Notes under the pieces: model-generated
What the model was told of the DNA's origin: nothing
What the model saw: only the letters and a program-made list of their open reading frames with translations
Databases searched by the model: none
Assembly: GCA_049314435.1 (NCBI GenBank)
Contig: JBMOFD010000019.1
Coordinates: 1-26,283 of the forward strand
DNA from: Chlamydiia bacterium
GTDB lineage: Bacteria > Chlamydiota > Chlamydiia > Chlamydiales > JBMOFD01
Direction: 5' to 3'
Length of the DNA: 26,283 bases
Position numbers and translations under genes: made by a program
Shown here: positions 17,134 through 25,938 of the stretch, one piece after another
Position numbering within the stretch: position 1 is the stretch's first letter
Layout: the number at the start of each line of letters is the position of its first letter

Positions 17134-17481
17134 ATGTATGAGCCGTGGCATCGCCCTTTGGCGACCAAGCAAGCCTTCCTATCCAGGGCGGTGCGGAGTA
17201 TACTTCTTGGAGTTCTTCTTATTGGCGGCTCTCTGTTTGCCGGCATGCTCGGCTACCACCATATTGGCGGCCTGACGTGGGTTGAGGCCTACGAAAACGC
17301 TGCCATGATTCTGTCTGGCATGGGCCCTGTCGCGGATCTGCCCACAGATGCGGCCAAGATCTTTGCTGGGACCTATGCACTCTTCTCTGGCGTGATCTTT
17401 TTGGTGACGATCGCCGTGGTAGCCGCGCCGATTGTCCATCGATTCATGCACCGCCACTTCCTAGTCCAGACTCGCGACTAG
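17134..17481 (+). CDS. Small membrane protein with 2TM/pore-helix ion-channel-like architecture
   Basis: TM-GMLGYH..TWVEAYENAAMILSGMGP..AKIFAGTYALFSG-TM; GGAG RBS. Confidence 0.75.
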   Translation: MYEPWHRPLATKQAFLSRAVRSILLGVLLIGGSLFAGMLGYHHIGGLTWVEAYENAAMILSGMGPVADLPTDAAKIFAGTYALFSGVIFLVTIAVVAAPIVHRFMHRHFLVQTRD

Positions 17482-17591
17482 GTCCTCTTCGCCACTAAAA
17501 GATTGTGCAACTGTTTGTCTGTAGAGTGGTCGATCCAAACCATCTGCTACGGTGTGAGATGACGATCGTTGGTTGCACAGACGTGCAGAGC

Positions 17592-18890
17592 CTATAGAGA
17601 CGCTCTGGCAACAAGGTATAGAGGATAATTATAGAGGTTGCCATCGTGTTTGAGGTTCATGGTGGTGGTTCGCAGCAGCTTGGATGGTGCGTACTTTTGC
17701 CCATACACGAGAAGGCTCTTTTTCTTCTGACTCGCCCCCGCCTTAGCCTCCAGAGGGTAGATTTCGTGGTTCCTTTCAATCAGGAAATCAACTTCTGCCA
17801 TGCCTTCACTGGTCCAATAGTAGATCCCTCGATGACCAGCTGCGATCAATTCCTGAGCTACGTAATTTTCAGTGAGAGCCCCCTTGAACTCTGTGAATAG
17901 CAGATCTCCATCGATGACGACCTGAGGAGAGAGGCCGCTCTGAGCCCCCAGCAGTCCCACGTCCATCAAAAAGACCTTGAAGATGTCATGGTCGGCATAC
18001 GCACTGAGCGGAAATTTGGGCAACTCGACACGATAGCTTTTGTGGATAAGGCCAGCATCGACTAGCCACTGAATCGAGACCTCATAGTCTCGGCCTCGAG
18101 CGCTCTTTCGGATCGCCGAGAAGATAAATTTCCTATTCTCTTTAGCGAGCTGCCGATGAACCTGTTCCCAGACGGTGGTGATCTTCATGACCTCGTTTGG
18201 AGGGGCGTGCTTGGCAAAATCCCGCTCGTACGCATCCAGAATCTCACGATGAATCTCTCGTACAAGGGTCAGGCGTTCACTCTTAGCGTACTCGGCAACG
18301 GCTTCTGGCATACCTCCGATAAAGAAATAGAGCCTTAAGAGATCGACTAACTTCTCATGGATCGGATTTGGAAGGGGTTCAAAGGTGTCGTACTCTTCTA
18401 GAAACTGACGAGTCTGAGCTTGGTTCAAGGCAGAAAGGAATTCGAAAAACGTCAACGGATACATGTGCAGGAAATTGACCTTCCCAACCGGAAACCCCTT
18501 TTCTCTTGAAATCTTCACCCCTAACAATGAGCCAGCAGCTGCGACGTGGTAGTCATTGGCTTCTTCACAAAAGTACTTCAGGCTATTGAGCGCCTTTGGA
18601 CACTCCTGGATTTCGTCCAAGATCAGGAGCGTGTTATGTGGCTCGATCTCAGTTTCTGTGTGGATGCTGAGGACTCTGATAAGCTGCTTGGGATCCAAGG
18701 TCCCTTCGAAGAATTGACCAAGCTTTTCATCTTTCTCAAAATTTAGGTAAGCGGTCTTTTGATAGGAGGTCCGACCGAAGTGCTTCAAGGCATGCGTCTT
18801 CCCGACCTGCCTGGCTCCATTGATGATCAATGGCTTGCGGCGCTCCGACCGTTGCCATTCCTCGAATAGAAGGTAGATGTCTCTGTCCAT
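17592..18890 (-). CDS. AAA_14 ATPase plus DUF4143 (PD-(D/E)xK-like) protein, ATPase-nuclease A
   Basis: Walker A GARQVGKT, Walker B LILDEIQ, AAGSLLG, GGMPEAV, DVGLL, GALTENYV, EVDFL..PLEAK. Likely start is ATG 18890. Confidence 0.92.
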   Translation of the reverse strand: MDRDIYLLFEEWQRSERRKPLIINGARQVGKTHALKHFGRTSYQKTAYLNFEKDEKLGQFFEGTLDPKQLIRVLSIHTETEIEPHNTLLILDEIQECPKALNSLKYFCEEANDYHVAAAGSLLGVKISREKGFPVGKVNFLHMYPLTFFEFLSALNQAQTRQFLEEYDTFEPLPNPIHEKLVDLLRLYFFIGGMPEAVAEYAKSERLTLVREIHREILDAYERDFAKHAPPNEVMKITTVWEQVHRQLAKENRKFIFSAIRKSARGRDYEVSIQWLVDAGLIHKSYRVELPKFPLSAYADHDIFKVFLMDVGLLGAQSGLSPQVVIDGDLLFTEFKGALTENYVAQELIAAGHRGIYYWTSEGMAEVDFLIERNHEIYPLEAKAGASQKKKSLLVYGQKYAPSKLLRTTTMNLKHDGNLYNYPLYLVARASL

Positions 18891-18896
18891 ATTCCC

Positions 18897-18926
18897 AGGA
18901 TACCGTCTGGGTCCCATGTGCCGCAA
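18897..18926 (-). promoter_or_regulatory. Putative sigma70 promoter of ATPase A (near-leaderless)
   Basis: TTGCGG-18 nt-TATCCT, ending 6 nt before ATG 18890. The -35 overlaps the proximal palindrome. Confidence 0.4.
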
Positions 18927-19011
18927 GTCTTTCGTTCGGAAAACGTGCGATATTTCACGTTATTCATTGGGAAAACGTGTAGAATGGCACGTTTTTCGTT
19001 CGAATAATGTG
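18924..19011. repeat. Array of three 24-bp palindromes with exact 32-bp period
   Basis: CAAGTCTTTC-gttc-GGAAAACGTG (18924), CACGTTATTC-attg-GGAAAACGTG (18956), CACGTTTTTC-gttc-GAATAATGTG (18988), with 8-nt unrelated linkers. Confidence 0.8.
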
Positions 19012-19050
19012 TCCACTTAGGGACATCACCCTCTCGCTCGTTGTCACCAA

Positions 19051-20505
19051 CTAAAACAAGTCTTCCATCGTGAGTTCTTGGCTGACCAGCTCCGTGGCAT
19101 ATTCGTTTCTATGCACCCCATAGGGAGTGATCATGGTGAGAAAGATGGTTTTACGGGTCTTGGTCTGCTCACGAAAGACGGCGATCTTACGCTCAAGTTC
19201 CCGAGCGTAGGCCGCGTCGATCGTAAAGGTCGTATGGCAGAACTTGATCTCGCATAGGTTAATGCAATCGTCACCGCGGTCGATGATCAGATCGATCTGG
19301 GCTCCCTTCTCTGAGGGATCCCTGGGACGATAGGCCCACTGTGACTCAGAGGTCAGGACAGCGGCAATCCCTAACGCCCTTTTGATCTGAGCGACATGCT
19401 TCAAACAAAGGCTTTCGAAGGCATACCCAGACCAGCTCTTCCATCGAGTCGACTGCTGCATCTTCAGCCAGTAATCGGGATCATTGCCCAGAACGATGCC
19501 CTCCTTAATCGGCTCTATCCAGGTCAAATAGAAGTAGGAGTACTCATCGATCAACCACAGCCTCTTGTCCTTCGTGCGCTTGTGAAATTCAGGTGAACTC
19601 CCAATGAAGCCTGCTTCCTGCAGCTCTTCGATCAGCAGAGAGGCCCCGCCTCCTGAGGGGATCTTCAGCTTCTCGAGAAGTTCTCTCTGCAATACTCCAC
19701 TGCGCTTCTCTGCAAGACCTCGGACGATCTGGATATGTTTTTGAGGGCTATCAAACAGGGATTGGTAAAGATTCTGAAACTCGCTGACCAGCTGTCCCTG
19801 TGGAGTAAAACAAAGCCTATTCACAGTTTGTGCCACCGATTCACCTGGGTGCACGTAGGTAAGGTACTTCGCGATCCCACCTATCGTCATGTACAACTCG
19901 ACCAGTGCCTTCCTAGAGAGTTTCACGTTATGCGAAAGCAGAAACTTCTCTGTCTCCTCCAACGTGAAGGCTCCGAGCTTGATGACCTCACTCAGCCTTC
20001 CATAGAGCCCACCCTTGTTGCAGACGATCTTCTTGATAATCCAATGGGCAGCCGACCCGCAGACGATAAGAAGAACATTGTTGAGATGGCTTAGATATTG
20101 GTTCCAAAGATGCTCAAGGGCTGAGAGAAACCCAGAACGAGGCGAGGCCAACCAGGGCAATTCATCGAAGAAGATGATCACCTTCTTGGTGGGATCGATC
20201 GCTTCAACAGCCTCTTTAAGGAGAATGAGCGCTTCGTCCCAATCCTTGGGCTCCTCTACCGAGTCAGGCAGGGAGAACCGGTTCTTTAGCTCGTAGTAGA
20301 AATCCCTAATCTGTGTCTTTTTGTTGCTGTGCATGCGTCCGGTGATGCAAAAATAGACGCCCTTATCCCGGTAGTATTCATGGATGAGGTAGGTCTTGCC
20401 CACTCGTCGTCTGCCATAGATCGCTAAAAATTCCGGCCTGGGCGACTCAAGGAGCCGCTGAAGAGTCTTGATCTCCTTCTCTCGCCCGATGATCTGATGG
20501 GTCAT
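19051..20505 (-). CDS. ATPase_2/archaeal-type ATPase plus wHTH plus C-terminal PD-(D/E)xK domain, ATPase-nuclease B
   Basis: IIGREKE, Walker A YGRRRVGKT, Walker B FFDELPW, GGLYGR, GGIAKYL, wHTH LIEELQEAGFI, GYAFESLC, QIDLIIDR..LCEIKF; AGAGGGA RBS. Confidence 0.92.
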   Translation of the reverse strand: MTHQIIGREKEIKTLQRLLESPRPEFLAIYGRRRVGKTYLIHEYYRDKGVYFCITGRMHSNKKTQIRDFYYELKNRFSLPDSVEEPKDWDEALILLKEAVEAIDPTKKVIIFFDELPWLASPRSGFLSALEHLWNQYLSHLNNVLLIVCGSAAHWIIKKIVCNKGGLYGRLSEVIKLGAFTLEETEKFLLSHNVKLSRKALVELYMTIGGIAKYLTYVHPGESVAQTVNRLCFTPQGQLVSEFQNLYQSLFDSPQKHIQIVRGLAEKRSGVLQRELLEKLKIPSGGGASLLIEELQEAGFIGSSPEFHKRTKDKRLWLIDEYSYFYLTWIEPIKEGIVLGNDPDYWLKMQQSTRWKSWSGYAFESLCLKHVAQIKRALGIAAVLTSESQWAYRPRDPSEKGAQIDLIIDRGDDCINLCEIKFCHTTFTIDAAYARELERKIAVFREQTKTRKTIFLTMITPYGVHRNEYATELVSQELTMEDLF

Positions 20506-20528
20506 AGCGATTCCCTCTGAGACCCCTA

Positions 20529-20669
20529 TTTTACCACATTCCGCTGATTTGGCATATCAAACCAGCGGAATGTGGTAAAAAATATGCGTTTCCGCTGGTT
20601 TGACATATCAAGTTAGCGGAATGTCGCAAAACAATGTCGATTCCGCTGATTTGATGCAATCCAGCGCGA
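20529..20669. repeat. Array of three palindromic units with exact 51-bp period
   Basis: TTCCGCTG starts at 20539, 20590 and 20641. Right arms are CAGCGGAA 20563, TAGCGGAA 20614 and degenerate CAGCGCGA 20662. Unit 1 has perfect 18-bp arms (20529-20546 and 20563-20580). Confidence 0.88.
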
Positions 20670-20686
20670 TTTCGTTACGCCGTCGG

Positions 20687-21871
20687 TCAGTTAGGCATCC
20701 CGGCCTCGGTCCAAGGGAGGATTTCAATAGGGGCATTCCTGGTTGGTGTGGGCTGAAGAGAAAGAACTGCTGTGCGACGCAACGGCATGAGCTTGCGTAG
20801 AGCGCGCAGTTTCTGCGTGTCCTCAGCGGAGATGCTCTGCGCGCTCTTGATTTCGAACGCATCGATCTGGGTGCCGTCATGAATCAACAGGTCAACTTCA
20901 AGGCCGTCATGACTGCGGAAGTAGTAGACCTGCCGAGACCCTGATTCCTGCGAGAGCCGTTTGATCGCCTCCATAACGACGAGGTTCTCAAAGACATGTC
21001 CCCACAGACTGCTCGATTGTAAGGCTTCCGGGCTGTGAAGTCCTAAGAGCCAGCAGAGCAGGCCCGTGTCATAGAAAAATACCTTGGGAGCTTTGACCAA
21101 CCGTTTGGGCAGATTCTCCTGCCACGGGAGGACGAGTCGTATGATGAAGGAGGCCTCGAGGATGTGCAACCAAGAGCGCACGGTATTCACCGGGATTCCA
21201 GCATCCTTGGCCAGATCGGTCACATTGAGTATTTGACCCGATCGAGCAGCTAGGAAGCCCAAGAGCATGCGAAAGCGTCCCAAGTCCCCGACACCATGCA
21301 ATAGTCGAATGTCGCGATCGAGATAGGTGTCCATGTAGCTCGTCCACCATTCGACCGTCGGAGGTGGAGACGGATGATTCCAGAGTTCTGGAAAGAATCC
21401 TCTCTGCGTTGCCGTGATCACCGCCCACGGATCATGAGCCTCTCCTACCAGCCCAGCTTCAGACAACTCAGCCCATGAGAGCGGTAGAAGATGAGCTATT
21501 CCAATCCGACCCACCAAACTCTCCGACACCCCTTTCATCAAGGCAAAATGCTGCGAACCGGTCAGCACAAACCGACCATATTCCTGTCGATGGTCGTCGA
21601 TATAGCTCTTGAGGTACGGGAAGATAAAAGGCAGGTTTTGCACCTCGTCCAGCAGAAGAGTCCTCCCCGGATGGCCAAAAAGAACCCCCTCCGGATCTTG
21701 CTGAATCTGAATGATGTCATGCGGACGATCCAGCACAAAGCGCTTAGCCTCAGGGAGAAGTCGCGTGAGCAATGTTGACTTCCCTGACTGCCTGGGCCCC
21801 GTGACCAATACAGCAGGAAAGCCAGCGATCAATCGTTGAAGTCGCTCCGTAATGGCTCGTGGGATAAACAT
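20687..21871 (-). CDS. AAA_14 ATPase plus wHTH plus DUF4143 protein, ATPase-nuclease C
   Basis: Walker A GPRQSGKS, LLDEVQ, LTGSQ, ESLVGR, wHTH LAKDAGIPVNTVRSWLHILE, YDTGLL, GHVFENLV, EVDLL..AFEIK. Likely start is ATG 21871 with a GAGG RBS. Confidence 0.92.
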   Translation of the reverse strand: MFIPRAITERLQRLIAGFPAVLVTGPRQSGKSTLLTRLLPEAKRFVLDRPHDIIQIQQDPEGVLFGHPGRTLLLDEVQNLPFIFPYLKSYIDDHRQEYGRFVLTGSQHFALMKGVSESLVGRIGIAHLLPLSWAELSEAGLVGEAHDPWAVITATQRGFFPELWNHPSPPPTVEWWTSYMDTYLDRDIRLLHGVGDLGRFRMLLGFLAARSGQILNVTDLAKDAGIPVNTVRSWLHILEASFIIRLVLPWQENLPKRLVKAPKVFFYDTGLLCWLLGLHSPEALQSSSLWGHVFENLVVMEAIKRLSQESGSRQVYYFRSHDGLEVDLLIHDGTQIDAFEIKSAQSISAEDTQKLRALRKLMPLRRTAVLSLQPTPTRNAPIEILPWTEAGMPN

Positions 21872-21915
21872 GATCCTCTCACAATGGAATCGCTGCGCAG
21901 TCTGTTTCTGGCCTA

Positions 21916-21950
21916 AGAATAGAAGATTGCCATCGTCAATGTCAATCTTC
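21916..21950 (-). promoter_or_regulatory. Sigma70 promoter of ATPase C overlaid by a 12-5-12 palindrome
   Basis: Minus strand TTGACA (21945-21940)-18 nt-TATTCT (21921-21916). Palindrome GAAGATTGCCAT-cgtca-ATGTCAATCTTC (21922-21950, 11/12 match). Confidence 0.65.
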
Positions 21951-21985
21951 ACGACCTTTCAAGCAAATCCATCCGAAAAATCACC

Positions 21986-23563
21986 TCAACACTTCTTACT
22001 CTTGGTGAGGGTCACCTTAAACACGTAGGGCGAAGCTGCGCTGTCCGCATTGGTGACCGTGTCGGGAAGGGTGCTTTGGATGCCACCGACGATGTATCCC
22101 AACAGGGTGGAGCCAGCAGGGAGGGCATCAAAGTCCACGATGGGAGCTGAGTACGCTAGGACTCCGCTGACTGGGATGAAGTGGGACCCGGCACCGAAGA
22201 GCAGCGTATTACCTGGGTGGACGAATTCGGAGAGGATCACTGGGTAGGTAGCCTCCATCAAATATTGCTGGATATGGCCACAACCATCGATCGCCAGGGT
22301 GGTCACCTCGTTGGTGAAGGGCACCTCAGTATCGGAGAGAAACTGTCCGTTCTGCTCATAGAGATAGGTGAGCCCGCCTGGGAGGACGATGTAGTTTTTG
22401 CCCAATCGTTTGGAAAAGAGGCTGATGATCGAACTGGCATAGTTGTTCATCCCCTGCTTGAAGGTCCCCGGACTGGTAGGATCGGGTTCGCACGGATGTC
22501 CATCTGCGTCAATGAATACGGGGACCGTCCAAATGCCGCTGTTAAGCGTGAAAACACCTGATAGCGCCACGTAGCCAACCTCCAAAGATCGGTTACGCTG
22601 ATTGATGATGGGGGCGACGTTCAGGTCGCGCCGACGGTAATCGGCTGCACGCCCCCGTACCGGAATGGGCTGCACAAACAGATCACGTCCGTTGTCGACG
22701 ATCCAAAACGGACGCACTTGTTCGGTGTAAATCCCATTCGATGAGTCGCTATAAAACCCCTCGAAATCCTGACCAAATACCAGGAGGTATGGATGGTGAG
22801 GACCGGCTTGTACAAGAGCTCCTCCCGTTACCCTAAGGAAAGGATGACTGGTCTGACGAATGAACTGGCACGCAGACAACGCGTCGCGATCGTCTAAGAC
22901 CCATTCCATCAACCCCGGCACGTCAATGGCTGTCAGGGTGTCTTTGGTGGTGAACTGACCCGTTGCCGTATCGACCCCATAGCCACCCACCAGATATAGC
23001 GTGTGACCCGTCTGATGGTACTCAACGGCCGTTGCCGAGATCGTGTCGATCTGTCGCTGTGTCAACCCAGCTGTTGGATCGAATAGCGATTTGCTCTTTG
23101 TGATCCCCGTGCTGGGATCGACCACATACACACGGGTGTTCTGCTGGCGTGGCGGAAAGTTATCGTTCGTATTATCGAACCCATGCAAGCCATTGGTACG
23201 TCCAGACACCAGCAGCCATTGATTGCCACATAGTGCCCAAGCATAGGTCTGCAATCCATCTGGCAAGGCAAAGTCAGCCAACTCAATGGTCACCTGAAAA
23301 GGCAACGCATTACCCGGAAGGATAGGGCTAAGCGTCTGAGTCTGATTGGGACTGACGTCGGCCATCAGAGGAGCCACCATCGCCATCGAGCCCCGAACTA
23401 CCGAGCCTAACCACGGCTTTGCCAAGCCTCGCAGCAGGATCTTCAGACCAGATTGAAGGCGGCCAGAGATCTTCAATCGCCCTATCGCATGGACCTGACA
23501 AGCCGCAACATTGCCCTTATGGGTGACTGCAGAATGCATAAACGGCTCCAAAATAGTGTGCAT
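21986..23563 (-). CDS. Hypothetical secreted beta-rich (propeller/Kelch-like) protein
   Basis: Long ORF with GLQTYAW..WLLVSGRTNGLHGF, LYLVGGYG, VTGG, VFGQ.F.G.Y, RRRDLN and GYIVGGI motifs. The true start is probably downstream of 23563, since a signal-like segment ends near APLMA-D. Confidence 0.75.
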   Translation of the reverse strand: MHTILEPFMHSAVTHKGNVAACQVHAIGRLKISGRLQSGLKILLRGLAKPWLGSVVRGSMAMVAPLMADVSPNQTQTLSPILPGNALPFQVTIELADFALPDGLQTYAWALCGNQWLLVSGRTNGLHGFDNTNDNFPPRQQNTRVYVVDPSTGITKSKSLFDPTAGLTQRQIDTISATAVEYHQTGHTLYLVGGYGVDTATGQFTTKDTLTAIDVPGLMEWVLDDRDALSACQFIRQTSHPFLRVTGGALVQAGPHHPYLLVFGQDFEGFYSDSSNGIYTEQVRPFWIVDNGRDLFVQPIPVRGRAADYRRRDLNVAPIINQRNRSLEVGYVALSGVFTLNSGIWTVPVFIDADGHPCEPDPTSPGTFKQGMNNYASSIISLFSKRLGKNYIVLPGGLTYLYEQNGQFLSDTEVPFTNEVTTLAIDGCGHIQQYLMEATYPVILSEFVHPGNTLLFGAGSHFIPVSGVLAYSAPIVDFDALPAGSTLLGYIVGGIQSTLPDTVTNADSAASPYVFKVTLTKSKKC

Positions 23564-23683
23564 GACTATACCTGACGGTCGTCGAGCTCTAGATGTATAG
23601 CACGCAATGCCGGCGAAATGAAAGGCTCTTGATGCTGCTGAGGGGGCCTTAATGGTCAGATTATGGGTAGGAATTCGAAGTGC

Positions 23684-23718
23684 CGAATGGGACAGGACTG
23701 GCGGTCCTCTCCCATTCG
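23684..23718 (-). terminator. Stem-loop 20 nt downstream of ORF 23739..24806
   Basis: CGAATGGGA-c-AGGAC-tggcg-GTCCT-c-TCCCATTCG; no strong U tail. Confidence 0.45.
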
Positions 23719-23738
23719 AGCGCTCATCAAAGCTACGT

Positions 23739-24806
23739 CTACTGCGTCAGATTGGTATCCACGAGGAAGTTGCTATTGTTTCCTACAGCCATATAGGCCG
23801 GATGCTTGCTGCCACACCCACCAAAGTAGTATGTGAGTCCGATACAGGCATTCGCTGCATAGTTACGTGCTCGCTCGGTTCGATCACATCCTCGGCCACT
23901 CATGTAAGAACCAAGCCCCTCTAGGTAGAGCGAGTCAGTCAATGGAGCTCTCAGGAAGAATCCAAAAATCAACCTCCCGGGAGTGCCTGAGCAGAACATC
24001 AGGCTGCGACCCCATGGTGTGCCGATCCAAGCCATCGCCTCTCCACAGCTTCCCCATCGGTAGCGCCACATGAGGTTGATCTGATCGATGGCTCGGAATT
24101 CAAGTGGAATCTGGTCAGACATCACATGAGAGGTCCGGGTGCTGACGGTCCCCCAAAAGCCAAGTTCATGTCCCTGACAGAAAGCCCATGCCGCCTGAGC
24201 CCGCACCTGACCAAGAATCGGGCTAGCTGAAAAGAGACCGAAATTGCGGTTGAACATGGCGTCGTAGACGAAGCCAAGATTGAGGCCACAACAGTCGGCA
24301 GCCTCTCTGAACAACCCAATGGTGACAAAGGCCTGCTGTTCAAAATTCTCCGACTCACAGCTCAGGCCGGTCCCTCGTCCAGACCATTGGTAGATTCCGT
24401 AGCTGCCGCCTAGCTGAAAGCCCAGTCCAGCAATGGGCTCGGAAAAGGGCATGGCAAAGTTGGCCCTCGCGAAGACGCCCGTGTTGCCCTGCCAGCTTCC
24501 ATCGGGAATGCCCCGGAAGCTATTCCAGGCAAGAGTGACCTCACAGCAGGGGTCCTCCCACTCGCGATGACAGTAAGGAAAACAGGGAACGACGTCTGAC
24601 ATCGTGCTTTGGGACGTGTCATCAGCTCCACAGCAGAAGAAGCAGGACGATCCGGAAGTCCCAGAATCATCGTTCATCGCCAACATGGTGGCTTGAGAAC
24701 TCCAAAACCTGGGTCCTACGGTGGCCTCGTAGAGGGCTGGCATGAGCTGCTCTCCAAAAAGAGCAGAACATGCCAGCGAGAGTGCAAAAGGGGCTCGATT
24801 GATCAT
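23739..24806 (-). CDS. Cys-rich putative outer-membrane beta-barrel protein (DUF6666-like, PVC type)
   Basis: Signal-like N-terminus, GLGFQLGGSYG.Y.WSGR, QQAFVTIGLFR, GFVYDAM, GQVRAQ, ELGFWGT, IGLTYYFG and V.NNSNFLVD motifs; many Cys. Confidence 0.7.
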   Translation of the reverse strand: MINRAPFALSLACSALFGEQLMPALYEATVGPRFWSSQATMLAMNDDSGTSGSSCFFCCGADDTSQSTMSDVVPCFPYCHREWEDPCCEVTLAWNSFRGIPDGSWQGNTGVFARANFAMPFSEPIAGLGFQLGGSYGIYQWSGRGTGLSCESENFEQQAFVTIGLFREAADCCGLNLGFVYDAMFNRNFGLFSASPILGQVRAQAAWAFCQGHELGFWGTVSTRTSHVMSDQIPLEFRAIDQINLMWRYRWGSCGEAMAWIGTPWGRSLMFCSGTPGRLIFGFFLRAPLTDSLYLEGLGSYMSGRGCDRTERARNYAANACIGLTYYFGGCGSKHPAYMAVGNNSNFLVDTNLTQ

Positions 24807-24882
24807 TATTTTTTGCTCTTAGAGGGAGTCATTTTCAAAATGTACGCTGATGCAGCAGTTTCTGTCCTAACGTTGGCGACCC

Positions 24883-25938
24883 CTAGTACAACCCTTTAGG
24901 CAGCTTAAAGTCGGCCATGAACAAGTGGCATGGCCCTCTTCCCCTTCTGGAGGTCCACACCATCTGATCGCCGGCCTGGTTGAAGGAAGGCAGTCCCTCA
25001 AAGCACTGAGACTGGGTCAGCCTCTGCTCGACACCGGTATCGATGTTGAGTAGATAGATCTGGTAATGCCCAGGAGTCGGCATCGACTTGGTATAGGCAA
25101 TGACCTTGCCATGCGGATGCCAATAGGGCGCCCAGGCAACATCTTCCGCCGACGTTAGTCGACGTTCATTCGATCCATCGACATCCATCACATAGATCTG
25201 GAGGTGATGAGCCTTTTCACGGTCTGCTCGAAAGATGATCTGCTTCCCATCTGGAGAGAAAAAAGGCCCACCGTTGTAGCAGTCATCCGCATGCGTGAGC
25301 TGACGAACATGGGAGCCGTCTCGGTCCATCGTGTAGATATGCATGCTGCCACTTCGATTGCTCGCAAACACGATGCTCAGCCCGTCCGGTGAATAGGCGC
25401 ATTCCGCATTGTAGTCGCTACCATGGGTCAGCTGGTTCAGGCCGCTGCCATCTAAGTTGGCCTCATAGATATTCATACCGGGCGTTAGGTCCCACGTGTA
25501 TCGACCGCTCTTCGAGGTCACCTGAGGGGCGCTCACTTCCTCGGGCGCTAGCTCGTACCCATGGCTCGAGGCAAAGATCATCTTTTGACCATCGGGTCGA
25601 AAATAAGCACAGGTACAGGCGCCTCGACCCGTACTGACCAGCTTGGGTGTCTTCGTGGCTAGATCCATGACATAGATCTGGTATGTCTTGGCGCCAGTGG
25701 GAACTGCTTGGAAGGCTATGCGATCGCCATGGGGACTGAAATAGCCCTCGCCCGCTTTTTCAAATCCCATGCTGGCGAAGGTGACCTGGCGAGCGTTGGA
25801 GAGGCTTCCTCCTTCTAGATCGCCCTCAAGCATGGCCTCCGTAGCAGCCATAGGAGATGTCGTACTCATGAGGGCCACCATCCAGGTGCTCCATACCCTT
25901 CGACGAGAAAACGTGGACGCATGAGATGAAGACGTCAC
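24883..25938 (-). CDS. TolB-like beta-propeller protein with PD40 repeats
   Basis: Repeated [FYW]SPDG..I.F.S and IY.M..DG....LT units (GEGYFSPHG, YSPDGLSIVFASNR, FFSPDGKQIIF, WAPYWHPHG); AGGAG RBS before the GTG. Confidence 0.88.
   Translation of the reverse strand: MTSSSHASTFSRRRVWSTWMVALMSTTSPMAATEAMLEGDLEGGSLSNARQVTFASMGFEKAGEGYFSPHGDRIAFQAVPTGAKTYQIYVMDLATKTPKLVSTGRGACTCAYFRPDGQKMIFASSHGYELAPEEVSAPQVTSKSGRYTWDLTPGMNIYEANLDGSGLNQLTHGSDYNAECAYSPDGLSIVFASNRSGSMHIYTMDRDGSHVRQLTHADDCYNGGPFFSPDGKQIIFRADREKAHHLQIYVMDVDGSNERRLTSAEDVAWAPYWHPHGKVIAYTKSMPTPGHYQIYLLNIDTGVEQRLTQSQCFEGLPSFNQAGDQMVWTSRRGRGPCHLFMADFKLPKGLY

Noticed and set aside
17504..17579. TGTGCAAC...GTTGCACA inverted repeat as an integron attC site
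   Set aside because: The ends do not fit RYYYAAC/GTTRRRY, inner pairing is weak, it is a single copy, and there is no integrase.
20529..20669. CRISPR array interpretation of the 51-bp repeats (and of the 32-bp repeats at 18924-19011)
   Set aside because: Linkers are only 16 and 8 nt, the repeats are degenerate with only three units, and there are no cas genes in the window.
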